A stretch of DNA of 64,000 nt from Squalus acanthias (GCA_030390025.1 CM059433.1:4960001-5024000); one strand, 5' to 3'. Shown: positions 49,908 to 62,768, numbered from the stretch's first letter. Numbers and translations are program-made. Notes: a model not told the origin generated them from the letters alone.

Positions 49908-52900
49908 CAACAACAACAACTTGTATTTATATAGCGCCCTTTAACGTAGTAAAACGTCCCAAGGCGCTGCACAGGAGTATTTTAAGACAAAAATTTTGAC
50001 ACCGAGCCACATAAGGATAAATTAGGGCAGGTGACCAAAAGCTTGGTCAAAGAGGTAGGTTTTAAGGAGCGTCTTAAAGGAGGAAAGAGAGGTTTAGGCC
50101 GGGAATTCTAGAGCTTAGGGCCTAGACAACAGAAGGCACGGCCACCAATGGTTGAGCAATTATGCTCGAGGGCGGAGTTAGAGGAGGGCAGATATCTCGG
50201 GGGAGGGGGGCGGTTGTGGGGCTGAAGGAGATTACAGAGATAGGAAGGGGCGAGGCCATGGAGGGATTTGAAAACATGGATGAGAATTTTGAAATCGAGG
50301 CGCTGCTTAACCAGGAGCCAGTGTAGGTCAGTGAGCACAGGGGAGATTGGTGAACGGGACTTGGTGCGAGTTAGGACATGGGCTGCTGAGTTTTGGATGA
50401 CAAGTTTACATAGGGTGGAATGTGGGAGGCCAGCCAGGAGTGCGTTAGAATAGTCAAGTCTAGAGGTAATAAAGACATGGATGAGGGTTTCAGCAGCGGA
50501 TGAGCTGAGGCAAGGGCGGAGACGGGCGATGTTACGGAGGTGGAAATAGGCGGTCTTTGTTATGCTGCGGATATGTGGTCGGAAGCTCATTTCAGGGTCA
50601 AATATGACACCAAGGTTGCGAACAGTGCGGTTCAGCCTCAGACAGATCTTAGGGAGCGGGATGGAGTCAGTGGCTAGGGAACGGAGTTTGTGGCGGGGAC
50701 CAAAAACAATGGCTTCGGTCTTCTCAATATTTAATTGAAGAAAATTTTTGCTCATCCAGAACTGTATGTCGGACAAGCAGTCTGACAATTTAGAGACCGT
50801 GGAGGGGTCGAGAGAAGAGGTGAGATAGAGCTGGGTGTCGTCAGCATACATGTGGAAACTGACGCTGTGTTTTCGGATGATGTTGCCAAGGGGCTACATG
50901 TAAATGAGAAATAGGAGGGGGCCAAGGATAGATCCTTGGGGGACACCAGAGGTAACGATGTGGGAGCGGGAAGAGAAGCCGTTGCAGGTGATTCTCTGGC
51001 TACAGTAAGAGAGACAAGAATGGAACCAGGCGAGTGCAGTCCCACCCAGCTGGACGACGGTGGAGAGGCGTTGGAGAAGGATGGAGTGGTCAACTGTGTC
51101 AAAGGCTGCAGACAAGTCAAGAAGGACGAGGAGGGATAGTTTACCTTTGTCACAGTCACAAAGGATGCCATTTGTGACTTTGATGAGAACCGTTTCAGTA
51201 CTGTGGCAAGGGCGGAAACCTGATTGGAGGGATTCATACATGGAATTGCAGGAAAGATGGGCATGGATTTGGGAGGCGACAACACGTTCAAGGACTTTGG
51301 AGAGGAAAGGGAGGTTGGAGATGGGGCGGTAGTTTGCAAGGACGGTGGGATCAAGGGTTTGTTTTTTGAGTAGAGGGGTGATGATGGCAGATTTGAGGGA
51401 GACGGGGTCAGTACCTGAGGAGAGAGAACCGTTAACAATGTCAGCTAACATGGGAGCCAGAAAAGGAAGTTGGGTGGTCAGCAGTTTGGTGGGAATAGGG
51501 TCGAGGGAGCAGGAGGTGGGTCTCCTGGACAAGATGAGCGCAGAGAGGTCATGAGGGGAGATCAGAGAGAACCTGGAGAAAGATGAGTGTTCAGGGCTAG
51601 AGCAGGGGGGAACCTTAGAGGAAGTTTGACCCGGTGGGTTAGGGGAAGGAAGGGAAGTGGCAGAGGCAGCTGAACGGATGGTCTCAATCTTAGAGACAAA
51701 GAAATCCATGAGCTCCTCACACTTGTTATCGGAGGTGAGGGTGGAGGAGACAGGGGAGAGGGGTTTAAGAAGACGGTTAGCAGTGGAGAATAGGAGCCGG
51801 GGTTTATCTTTGCATTCCAGAATGATTCTGCAATTTTGGCAGACAAGAGCAGGATCTGATAATGCTTTATGTGGCCCAGCCAGATCTGGCGGTGAATGGC
51901 TAAACCAGTTGTCCGCCATATCCATTCAAGTCTGCGTCCCTTGGACCGAAGGGAGTGAAGATGAGAGCCGTACCGGGGGAGCGGCCAGGGTGAGAGAGAG
52001 TAATTGTTTTAGTAGGGACTGGGGCATCAAAGGTGGTGGTGAGGGTGTGGTTGAGCAGATCGGTAGCTACAGAAATGTCATGGTGAATGGAGGGCCAAAG
52101 GCCGGACAGTTGGGATTTCATAAGTGCAGTTGTAAGAGAGTTGGGAGAGTTTTTTTTCCAGGGGCGGACACAGAAGGAAGTAGGGTTGGGGTGGGGAGGT
52201 GGAAGGGGGATGTGGGTGGAGAGCGATACGAGGAAATGGTCTGAGATGGCCTTATCTGCAATTGACACAATGGGAGTATCCAGGCCACGAGAGATGGCAA
52301 GCTCGAGGGGATGGCCGTGAATATGGGTTGGGTAGTTTACATGGAAGGAGAGATTAAGGGAGGATCGGAGGCAAGTGAGCTCAGAGGAGAGAGAGCATGA
52401 TGAATTGAGATGGAGGTTGAAATCACAGAGGATGAGAAGTCGTTCGGTGCTGAGGGAGGAGAACAGTGAAGATATCTCAGTAATAACATTTTATGGCACT
52501 TGGGTGGGCGGTAGAGAATGAGAATTTTAAATGAGAGGTCAGAGGGGTGGAATAAGGTGAGATGCTGAAGGAATAGGGGGACAGACCAAGGTGTGATTTG
52601 GTGATGAGAGCCACACCGCCACCACAGCGGTCTGAGCGGGGCAGGTGGTGGAAGGCATAGCCAGCAGGGGAGGCTTTATTTAAGGGCACAGTGTCATCAC
52701 CCCTCAACCAAGTTTCCGTCGGGGCCATGATGTCGATGCAATCATCCACGATAAGCTCATGGATGGCAAGGGCCTTGTTCGCAAGCGAACGGACATTCTG
52801 GAGGAAGATGCGGAGAGGGTCGGTGATGGCTGCCCCACTGCCAGCGTCCACAGGGTCAGCGCTGGGGGGATTAAGTTGGATGGGGAGGAGATTGGCAAGA

Positions 52901-53720
52901 TTTACCCCAGTGGGCGCACTGGGCCGGAAAGTCCGCGAGAGAGTAGGATGGGACAGTTGGGGTTGCTGTTCGTAAGGCGGCAGCGACGAGTGCCTTGATG
53001 GGCCCTTCGGAGGATACCAAGAGAGCCACAGAGGGAAGCTGTAGGCTTATCTAAGAGGCAGTCAAGCCTGGGACGGCGGCAGGAGAGTAGGAAAGTTGAA
53101 GAATAATGAAGGTTTGGGGTAGGGATTTGGGAGGGCATTGTATCCGAGAGAGGAGAGATGAAAGGAGGCATAACGACAGGAGAGTGCGGTCAGGGAGGGA
53201 TAGAGAGAAAAAGAAAATAGGGGGAAAAGGTAGAATGGCTCGGGTCCGGAGCGGCAGCCAAAGTGCGCACGCGAATGGACACGGGAAAAGCTCAGGTTAC
53301 ATAGGCCTGTTTAAATGTCATAATTAATGGAATACATATTTCCTGGTAGCAGGGAATAGGTTGGGGACAATAGTAGGGAGACCAGGGTCAAAGTCAGAGG
53401 TCCCATGGAAGGACAAGCCGATGTGAGCAGGATGGGGCCGGTATGGAGCATTGACGGACCGCTGTCCGAAGCAGGTGAGTGAAGTTCAGAAGCTATTTGA
53501 AGGGTAGGGAGTTCGAGGATGGCGGTTGTTGCTGTAGGAATGAGAGTCGGTAGCGATGCAGAAAGATTATGGCTAAATTGACGCAAGTTGGAGGTCACCG
53601 TAGATCAAAGCGGCGGAGAAAAAGTAAAACCACAAGCCAGCGACCAGCAAAGCTGAAAGTCGGTAGAACAAGTCACCGGACAGCAAGTGGAACAGCAGCT
53701 GCTACCTAGAAGCCAGCAGA
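49908..53720 (-). mobile_element. Near full-length L2 LINE (APE endonuclease plus RT), with frameshifts and stops
   Basis: APE (LQNVRSLANK, TETWL, GGGVAL, ISDH), RT (NYRPISNLPFLSKVLE, LLDLSAAFDTVDH, GVPQGSILGP, YADDTQLY), L2 3' end and (TTG)n tail at 49908-49920. 5' boundary approximate. Confidence 0.9.
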
Positions 53721-54459
53721 GCTGAAACTCCAGTAGAATCAGTTCAGCAGAGACCGTTTAAAGGTAAAAAAATCTTTTTGCAGCAGAGATAGAGACACAG
53801 CAGGTAAGTCTTACACTGTAATCCAGTGCAGAAACGTAGTGTAATCCAATGTAGTTCAAAGCAGAAACGTAGTCTAGAGAAGTCCAGGAGATCGGAAACC
53901 AATTTGACAAAAGAATTCTGCAACTTAAGACTTGAAGTGCCTGAAAAGCAGAGCAGCGCCACAGCCGCTGAGTCAAACCATGCAGTCAATGAAGTCCTGT
54001 CCGCGAGGAATCCAGTGATAGAGGTCAAGTTTCAGCAGAGTTCCAGCAGTTGAAGGAGCTCACGCCGGGGGATGGGCAGTGGACTCTGCAGGGGTAGCTT
54101 TAAACTTGTAGTTTGGCCTGAAATGCCTTCACTATCAGAGGCAGGGTATCTTGAGCAATTGAAGAGGGGAGATTGGGGGAAGAAAGGGCAAGGGATGGCA
54201 ATGGATGACCACGGATACAGCTGAAGAGAAGAGCAGGTCCGAAAGGGACTGCCAGCCCAGCAGTCATCTTGGGGGGGGGGGAAACATCTTGACACAAATG
54301 GGATACAGACATGCTACTTTCAGCCAAATTCTTTTTTAAGAAAAACAATGTCAGATTTTCGGGGAATCATAATGTTCTACGAAGATTATCAGTAAGGCGT
54401 GCAACTACTTCATTCTAGAAATGACAGGGTGGAAAGTATGGAAAAAGCTGTGAATCTAA

Positions 54460-55060
54460 GGGGGAAAAATTGAGTTGCGCCCCCTTTGGGGCGCTAACTT
54501 CGCTGAGGCGCAACTAGAAGCGCCCCACCTCCCTCTTGGGGCGCTGCAAGGGAATATCGCGGTGCGACATGTCACAGCGGCACATGCTGCGGCACGTTGC
54601 GCCGCAGTACTGCAGGCCTACCTCCCCTTCTTAAAGGGGAGGGGCCTTGCGCAGCGCGACCCGGGGCCCAGCTGGGCCACCAGGGATCGGAGTGCCGGCA
54701 AAAGAGCCTGGCACTCGAAGTGCCGGGCTCACGGAGCGCAGCTGGCACTCTGCGGGGGGGGGCTGGTCAGGAGGCCGGGGACGGCAACGGGGGCAGGTGC
54801 TGGCAGGCGGCCAGCAACAAAAATGGCCGCCCGGCACCTCGCCTTTAATTAGCGCCGCCCCAGCCACAGGTAGGCCCCCCTGACCCCGTCGGAAATAGCG
54901 TCCGGCGGTAAGTCATGGGGCGCTGCGCACGGCGATGATGCCACAGGGCACTAACGGTTACCGCTGCCGCTAACCTCCCGCTGAATTTCGCGGGAGGTGT
55001 TGGCGGCACCGCGCCTGGGTGCTAGTTGCTTTGGGCGCTAACTGAAGGCATTTTTAGGCC
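54460..55060. mobile_element. Harbinger-type GC-rich MITE (~0.6 kb)
   Basis: Ends GGGGGAAAAATT and (reverse complement) GGCCTAAAAATG, TSD TAA. Shares the subterminal GCGCCCC.TTTGGGGCGC palindrome with 34150-35042. Confidence 0.75.
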
Positions 55061-55704
55061 TAAGAAACTAACCTGTTTACTCTTAACACAAAAATGCTTG
55101 ATGGGAATTTTGCCAAACCGCCTAAGTGCATCAGGCGCAATTCTTTCCTCAAAAATGAATTCCTTTAAACCACTCATGCATTGTTTAAATCCCAGTAAGA
55201 AGTGTTGTCTTATAACTAATTCCCTGTCATCCTCTGGGGTTCTTTTTGAACAGTCAGTTTGGAACCAATGAACTGTGTTTCTGTAAATATTCTGCACTTG
55301 AACTTAAGTTGTTATCTCAGTGACTGCACTCTTCATTCTTTATCTTCAACATCATTCGCAATATACTTATCTGGGTGCTACTGAAAGAAATTATTAATGC
55401 TCTGACATTTTTGGATTGACATTAAGCATCTTTTGTAATTATATAATTCTACTCTTGGGCATCTGCCTTTAGCCAATTTGCATCATGAGCTAATTAATGA
55501 AAGATTAGATTTGTTTTTAGAGTTATGATGCTTTTACTATTTTGTTTACTCTGGGAGATCTACTGCAACTAAATTAACTGTATAATACTTTCAGATTATT
55601 TGCTTGTTCATCATTAGTATAATAAAGTTGATTCATATCTTCAACTTTAATTGCGGTCTAATGTGATGCTCTTCTGCTTCCGATGACTTAACTGAGAGGT
55701 ACGT

Positions 55705-56240
55705 ATGACCCTACGTAAACTTGAGGTCATCCAAAACTCGGCTGCCCGTCTCCTAACTCGCATCAAGTCCCGTTCGCCCATCACCCCTGTGCTCACTGAC
55801 CTACATTGGCTCCCGGTTAAGCAGCGCCTCGATTTCAAAATTCTCATCCTTGTTTTCAAATCCCTCCATGGCCTCGCCCCTTCCTATCTCTGTAATCTCC
55901 TTCAGCCCCACAACCCCCCGAGATATCTGCGCTCCTCTAATTCTGCCCTCTTGAGCATCCCTGATTATAATCGCTCAACCTTTGGTGGCCGTGCCTTCTG
56001 TTGCCTGAGCCCTAAGCTCTGGAATTCCCTGCCTAAACCTCTCCGCCTCTCCACCTCTCATTCCTCCTTTTAAGACGTTCCTTGAAACCGACCTCTTTGA
56101 CCAAGCTTTTGGTCACCTGACCTAATTTAGCCCTTTTGTGGCTCGGTGTCAAATTTTTTGTCTTATAATACTCCTGTGCAGCATCTTGGGACGTTTTACT
56201 ACGTTAAAGGCGCTATATAAATACTTGTTGTTGTTGTTGT
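55705..56240 (+). mobile_element. L2 LINE 3' fragment, same young family as 49908-53720, opposite orientation
   Basis: KLEVIQNSAARLLTR...LHWLPVKQRLDFKIL, with a (TTG)n tail. Confidence 0.92.
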
Positions 56241-57666
56241 ATAAAGTAGGCTAGTACTTAACAGCAATGCGCAAACAGGGTATCTTGTTCATTGGTTTAG
56301 CCAGATGCAATATCAGGGTTTATATTGTTCTCAAGGCAAGGGTGAACACTCTTAAAGGTATGAGAGCTAAAAGGTGTAAACCACCGAAAAATGAAGCAAA
56401 GGATCTTTTCTCTTGTACTAATTCTTAACAATTTCTCTCTACCAGTTTTCTTCATAAAATTGCTTTTATGGACTCTGAACTTCAACTTTTCCAATGTGTG
56501 CTACTTTTGCAGTTGCACCTTGATCCTTGTGCTGTTTAGTCATTCCTGTACAAACTTGGTTGATCTGAACATTCTCTTCATTTTGTTCCATTTCAGCATC
56601 CAAAGCAGTTAGGTCACCCCGTGGGCCTGATTCATTTATGGATCACTCAAAATTGTTGCCTTGCATACTCGAGTTACCTCCTTCTGTATAAGATCTAATT
56701 CTGATATGTATTTGCTTGCAGCTAATTTGCCAACTTTTGTATACTTGAATCTGGAGCTGGGGAAATGAAACTTGAAAACCAAGCCAGTGTAGCACTAATT
56801 CCGCACCTGTGCCTAGTGTATGCGGAGATTAAACAGATGGGAAACGAATGGTAGCTTACCTACTATAGATCTCATTGTTTGCTTTAAAAGTTTAATGTCC
56901 ACCTACAAAGATCCTGCCTACTGCTCTCCCTTGATTATCCTTCTACCTAATGCTGCTTTGCGTAGCTTATGTTTCTTTTATAGTTGAGGTTAAAAAAAAT
57001 ACGGGTGTGGTTCAGAATGATAGCTTGTAAATAACAGGGTGAAGGAAGCTCTTCAATGGTGTGAAGTTATTTTGAAAATCGGTGTCCCTCCATGTTTCTT
57101 TCCTGTGAGATGAACCTTACCTGTGGTAGGTAATGTAACACTTGTAAATAACTTCTGGCTGAAAGACAGTAGTTTTTCTTTTTATTTTAATATATTTACA
57201 CAGTTAGGGAAGGCAGGCCTACAGTCTGGCTGTCCCACCTCCTCCCTCCAGTGAACACACATCCTGAACACAATCACATTTTGGCAAAAACCTTTTAAAC
57301 TTTGGGCATATACTTGAGTACTGTGTATCACTGTCAAAATTAAAGGTCTGATTGCCAAACTTTAATTGATATGCTGACTTTCATATGTTTAATCTCCTGC
57401 AAATACCCATTGCAGGATGATTGAATCTGTGTTTCCAGTGTTCCTGTGGTAGAAGTGCATTTAGCTTAAAAAAAACTAGATCAAGCCCTGTGCTCCAGAA
57501 AGCACAGAAAATCAGTGGGTTCTTGTGACTCAGGTTGCAGGTTTTTTTAAATTGCCAACTAAAGTTTACAAGCTGGAAGAAAAATAAGGTAATCTCTAGC
57601 GGGTATTTTTGTAATTCTTCGATTTGTGAAGTAATTTTTCTCTCTCATTTTTGTCCACTATTGCAG

Positions 57667-57736
57667 AGAGCGCCAGGATGCTGATGGTCAGATGAAAGAG
57701 CTTCAAGACCAGCTGGAGGCAGAACAGTATTTTTCA
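57667..57736 (+). CDS. ROCK2: ROCK2 exon M (ERQDADGQMKELQDQLEAEQYFS)
   Basis: tgcAG acceptor, GTATGT donor, 70 nt. Confidence 0.96.
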
Positions 57737-58708
57737 GTATGTTCTCCACTTTTGAGTTCACAGTGCAGAAAGCTTGACACAATTAAATAAGGCTCTAAGA
57801 TTTTGCTATGTGAAAGTTTTAATTTTAAATCATTTGCTTTGCCCTACTTCTAAAAGTATGACTAACAGATGAAAAGGTGCAAACAAGGAAGCTACTCTTG
57901 TTTGCAATTAACCTTGCAAAAGAAGAGTAGCTGCAACTATTGTCTGAGCAGAAGGAAAAAGAATCTTAACTACCAGAATCTTAACTACCAGAAATCCACG
58001 AACTTTTAAACTTTGGGCAAATATTAAATTGCAAATGAGAAAATAAACAAATTGAGCCTATAGCATATTATTAGTGGTGTGTGTGAATGTTTAATACTGT
58101 AATACCATTTTGTCTCAAAATATTGATGACCAATTAGATAACATGAATGAAAAAGGATTTTTGAGTTTATCTTATCCCTTCCATGCTTTGATATAATTCA
58201 TTGAAATTGTAAGCTAACGTTAAAGGTAAACTAAACCTTCATTTGGTCAACTTCTAATTTATATACTAAAGTGCATATAGAAGCTTATTTTGTGAAGATC
58301 ATTTAACTTACTGGGAAATATTTGCATTCATAGTTAAACAATGAAAGACGAAACAAATATGAGTAGAGAATGAACTTCTAAATTCCAGTGCTGTCTAATT
58401 CAAAGAAAAATATCTGAACCACAGGAATTTTGGATGTTTGGGTATTTTGTATGTCGAAGTCTCAAATTTTGAAATAATGCTGTGTCAGAAAGGGAGGAGA
58501 CAAATTGAAGATGAAGAATTGTTAAGAGAGAACTCCAATGTATTTCCAATAAGCATGGCTTTATGTTACTGGTAGTTCTTATTAAACTTTTGTTGTACTT
58601 TTGTCACATAATGGCAGAAGTACAATTATTTAAGAATGTAGAATACTGGTTTATTTTTACCTGTAAATTATAGCCTGTTTGTTTTTCTGCTGCTTTTAAA
58701 TTCTAAAG

Positions 58709-58812
58709 ACTTTGTACAAGACTCAAGTAAGGGAGTTGAAGGAAGAATGTGAGGAGAAAAACAAGCTTTGTAAGGATTTGCAGCAAAAAGTGCAGGAGCT
58801 GCAGGATGAAAG
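58709..58812 (+). CDS. ROCK2: ROCK2 exon N (TLYKTQVRELKEECEEKNKLCKDLQQKVQELQDE)
   Basis: taaAG acceptor (the less common AAG type), GTGGGA donor, 104 nt. Confidence 0.94.
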
Positions 58813-59250
58813 GTGGGAACTCCAGTTCACTGAAACAAGCTTGTTTATTTTACTTTGAAATACAATCAAAAAATGTACCTCCATTGAACTTTTAGCATTT
58901 GTATAATATTTCTCAATCTTCAATAGAAAGAGTTCAAAACTTACTCAAAGTCCTGACTTGTTATATATTTATCACAGATGATTTGGGTGGAAGAATAAAT
59001 GACAAGGAAATAAAATGTAGGCAATATAAACTGAAGCTTATATTTTGTGGAAAGAGGATTGCTTATCTATGAAAGTGGAAGTCTAGTTTTTAAATAGTCT
59101 ATACTACTGTCTTGTTTGCTGGAGTCATATTCTGAGACACGTCCTAAATTGCTAAGAATGGAGGTCCAATTGTGTTGTGTTGTTGCTTTGTGTGAGTATC
59201 TAACTTGCAAAAAAAAATGTGCTGATTGAACTGATTTTCATTGGGTGCAG

Positions 59251-59437
59251 AGATTCTTTGGCAGCACAGCTTGAGATTACACTAACAAAGGCAGACTCCG
59301 AGCAGCTTGCACGCTCAATTGCAGAGGAACAGTATTCTGACCTGGAGAAAGAAAAAATTATGAAGGAGCTGGAAATTAAAGAGATGATGGCGAGGCACAA
59401 GCAGGAGCTGGCTGAAAAGGATGCTACTATTGCATCT
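59251..59437 (+). CDS. ROCK2: ROCK2 exon O (DSLAAQLEITLTKADSEQLARSIAEEQYSDLEKEKIMKELEIKEMMARHKQELAEKDATIAS)
   Basis: tgcAG acceptor, GTGAGT donor, 187 nt. This sequence is diagnostic for ROCK2 rather than ROCK1. Confidence 0.97.
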
Positions 59438-59620
59438 GTGAGTAAACCTTTACTAATTAAATTTTTGTCATGCATAATAATCAAAAGATGTGAATAGAAG
59501 AGTTGAAAATAAACCTCACAAATGGTAATACTGAAATATTCTTGTTTTACCCAAAGCACCACCTCAATGTATTCAAAAATGGAGTGCATCTTGTGCCACC
59601 AAGCAGGGACGAGGCATTTT

Positions 59621-60400
59621 GGCTCTGATATTTACAGGGAGGTATTGTGGGGGAGGGGAGCGGCAGTTTAGCGATCGGGAAACGCAGAAGAACTGGTTTC
59701 CCTCGGGTCCTGCCGAATTTAATGGCAGGGCCTGATTACCATTTTTGGAGCTGTTTCTTGACCGAGGCTGGCTGGCTGTTGGTCAGGTAGGCCTTCGGCA
59801 CCAGGCCACAGCTGGGGAACGTAGTGGAGGAAGTGGGGGAGAGGGTGGGGCATCGATGGGGGCCCTGGAGAGATCGGGAGTCGGGGACATTGATTAGGGT
59901 GGGGGACCCGGAGAGATTGGGAGGGATCGAGGGGGCATTGATGGGGTGACCAAAGAAATCAGGTGAGGGGAGAAGATTGTGGGGGCCCGGAGAGATGGGG
60001 AGAAGATCGCGGGGGGCCCATGGAGGAGATCGGGGAGAGGGGGTGTGGAGGTGTTGAAATTGTAGGAATGGAGGACATTGGATCAGTGGGATCGCTGGGG
60101 AGGTTAATAAGGTAGCTTGGTGGGGTTGGGGGGGAAGCACTCCTGCTCCTCCTGGCCCACAAGCAGTGCTATAAAGGCACTTACTTGTTCCATGCCTCCC
60201 TTCAGCTGCCAGGTTTCCCAAGGCTCGGGGAAACCCGGCCAGCCAGTGTTAAAGCTGGAAGAGTGATTAAAATCTTCGGTACGCGGCCTTATTAAAATAT
60301 TTAAATGAGTGACCTTCTTCCTGAGAGCGGGTTGTTCACCCGTCCCCGTCCCACCTCCATTAAAACCGGGTTCGAGGTGGGTTGGGTTTAGGTTTGAATT
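59621..60400. mobile_element. Probable Harbinger-type non-autonomous element with G-rich degenerate internal repeats
   Basis: Starts GGCTCTGATATTT. GC-rich island with repeated GGAGA(G)ATCGGG motifs. Right end not resolved. Confidence 0.45.
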
Positions 60401-61172
60401 TTTAAATTTTTTTTTTAACTTCCCACCCGTTGTTGGAGTTTCAGAATACTCCTTTGTCTCTGTTGTAATCCACAACTTCTCTAATGCACATTTAGATCAG
60501 CATCTCTGTTTGTCTAAAGCACTCGTTTCCAATTATATTTGTGGAGTTGGAGTGGTTCTGGGTGCAAGTGAAAATCTGAACTGGTGGGTTGGTGAGGTGA
60601 AATAATTTTTGCCAAAATTTTAGATCACCAAGGGATGTGGGGGTACAGATCAGAGTTTAAAAATTATTTTGAAAAGTTTAAAAAACATTTCTGTGATACA
60701 CTTAAGAGTATTATTTATCGCACTATCCACTGAAAGCTTTGGTGTATAAAGAACAAAGTGACTTGCAATATAGCCACATTGCAGAATCACGCAAGTCTCT
60801 GGCATTCATTAGAAAAGAATGCAGTACCATTTTATTTCAAGATATAAAAGAATTTCTCAATGTAAGAATTGCAACACGACCAGAGAATTTAAAACAAAGT
60901 TGCTACAAAATTGTTATTTTTTTTGGAGAGGCGTCAAGTGCCTAACATACATATAGGAATCTGCAACAAGAATTTCTTCCATTTGAGGAAGCAAAATTGT
61001 ACTGACTTTGATTGAGCACAATTGGCTTAGGTAAAGCTGATCAATTGGAAACTGCTATACTGTGCACTTTGAAACTATTATACAACTGCCAAGATAAAGC
61101 AAGTTTAAGAAAAGTATGCATTTGTATAATTTGGAAATGGTTTTGATTTAAATATTTTAATTTGCTATTTAG

Positions 61173-61266
61173 CTGGAGGAGACGAATCGAACACTGACTG
61201 CTGATGTAGCGAATCTTGCGAGTGAGAAGGAGGAACTGAACAACAAAGTGAAGGAGCTTCAGGACC
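61173..61266 (+). CDS. ROCK2: ROCK2 exon P (LEETNRTLTADVANLASEKEELNNKVKELQD)
   Basis: tttAG acceptor, GTGAGT donor, 94 nt. Confidence 0.96.
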
Positions 61267-61579
61267 GTGAGTACAAACTGAAATTCAAAATAAAACATAG
61301 ATGTGTCACAATTCCTTTGTGCACTCTCAACCCAGTTTTCAGTGAACTATTCAATTTGACATTAGAGGGAAAGCTTAAATTTTTATAGCACCTTATATCC
61401 TACAGGACATCCTAAAGCACTTCACAGCCAACAAATTACTTTTTGAAATGTAGTCACTTATGTAAGCAAAAGGGGCAATTTCGCTGAGAGGCAATAATAG
61501 TGCCCGGTGTCGGAAAGGTTTTGATTTCATGCACGTTATAAACGATGTAGCCAGATATTTATCCTGCATGCAGTACCTG

Positions 61580-61895
61580 AGGTGCCATCTTTCAGATGAG
61601 ACGTTAAACCGATGCCCCGTCTGCCCTCTCAGGTGGACATAAAAGGTCCCATGGTACTATTCCGAAGAAAAGCAGGGGAGTTCTCCCCTTTGTCCTGGCC
61701 AATATTAATCCCTTAACCGGCACCTAAAAACAGATTACCTGGTCATTATCTCATTGCTGTTTGTGGGGCCTGGCTGCCGCATCTCCTCCATTACAACAGT
61801 GACTACTCTTCAAAAGTACCTCATTGGCTGTAAAGTGCTTTGGGATGTCCTGAGGTTGTGAAAGGCGCCATATAGATGCAAGTCTTTGTTTTTTC
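61580..61895 (+). mobile_element. Deu-domain SINE (SacSINE1/AmnSINE-like), well-preserved core and tail
   Basis: gatgagacgttaaaccga...ctctcaggtggac.taaaag.tcccatgg...gtgaaaggcgccatatagatgcaagtcttt. Confidence 0.85.
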
Positions 61896-62673
61896 TTTTA
61901 CTGACAACAATATCAAGTTTATACTTCAATCCTTTGTGTGCAAATCTGCTAGTTATTGCCCTTCCTACTTGCATCAAACCTCACCCAAATTGTCTTTCCT
62001 ACGCTACATGCAAATCTGATTACACCATTCATGCAATTGTAATATCTGGTCACAACTATTACTCCTACATTTGCCAGGAAGAAATTGGGCTGAAGGTAGC
62101 ACTGCAACTTCTTTCCAGAGCAGCTGGAAGCAGCTGAGCGCCAATGAAGCAGTGAGTTTAGAATGCTTATGCATAGCTTAGACAATCTCTTCAAGCAATT
62201 TTTGAAAGTATGTATGGACCAGTAATTGGTATGTCATAAATTGTAATCTGAAATTTCAAAATATTTCTTGAAAAATCACATTAAAGGTTAAAACTGTGTA
62301 TAGTTTTTAAATTGCTGAATTCTGTTCATAGCTCCTCTTAAGCTGCATGGAAACAATTTCCTAAGGTACAGTTGAAGTATACTATCTCAATTTTAAGTGT
62401 AGAAGTGTTTTATTTCTCAAGTTGTAATGCATATATTATCTAAGGTTGCTACAAGCTATTTTTACACCAAAATATTTAATAAGATGTGTAGCACCTCCTC
62501 TAGGGAAGCCGTTTTAAAATTTACTTGCCAAATTGAAATCTCATACCTTGTTGGTCTGCTTATGCATCAATTGTCGTGATTTAGTTTGATATTTTGTGCC
62601 ATATAAATCTATGAAGGCCTGGTGCACAAACTCGGCATGTTAGAATCTCAAAGGGTTTTGTGTTTTGTTTCAG

Positions 62674-62768
62674 AGGTTCACAAGCTGAAAGAAGAGGATG
62701 AGAATATAATCAATATAAAAGTACAATTTGACAAACAGCTGTTGAATGAGAGGACACTCAAAACACAG
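62674..62768 (+). CDS. ROCK2: ROCK2 exon Q (VHKLKEEDENIINIKVQFDKQLLNERTLKTQ; about the start of the Rho-binding region)
   Basis: ttcAG acceptor, GTAACA donor, 95 nt; phase consistent with exon P. Confidence 0.95.

Noticed and set aside
53784..53803. Possible 20-nt microexon (ttttgcAG...CAG/GTAAGT)
   Set aside because: It would shift the frame, lies in an unresolved repeat-like region next to the L2 5' end, and has no ROCK-like coding signal.
57961..57993. 15-bp tandem duplication GAATCTTAACTACCA
   Set aside because: An ordinary small slippage duplication in an intron.
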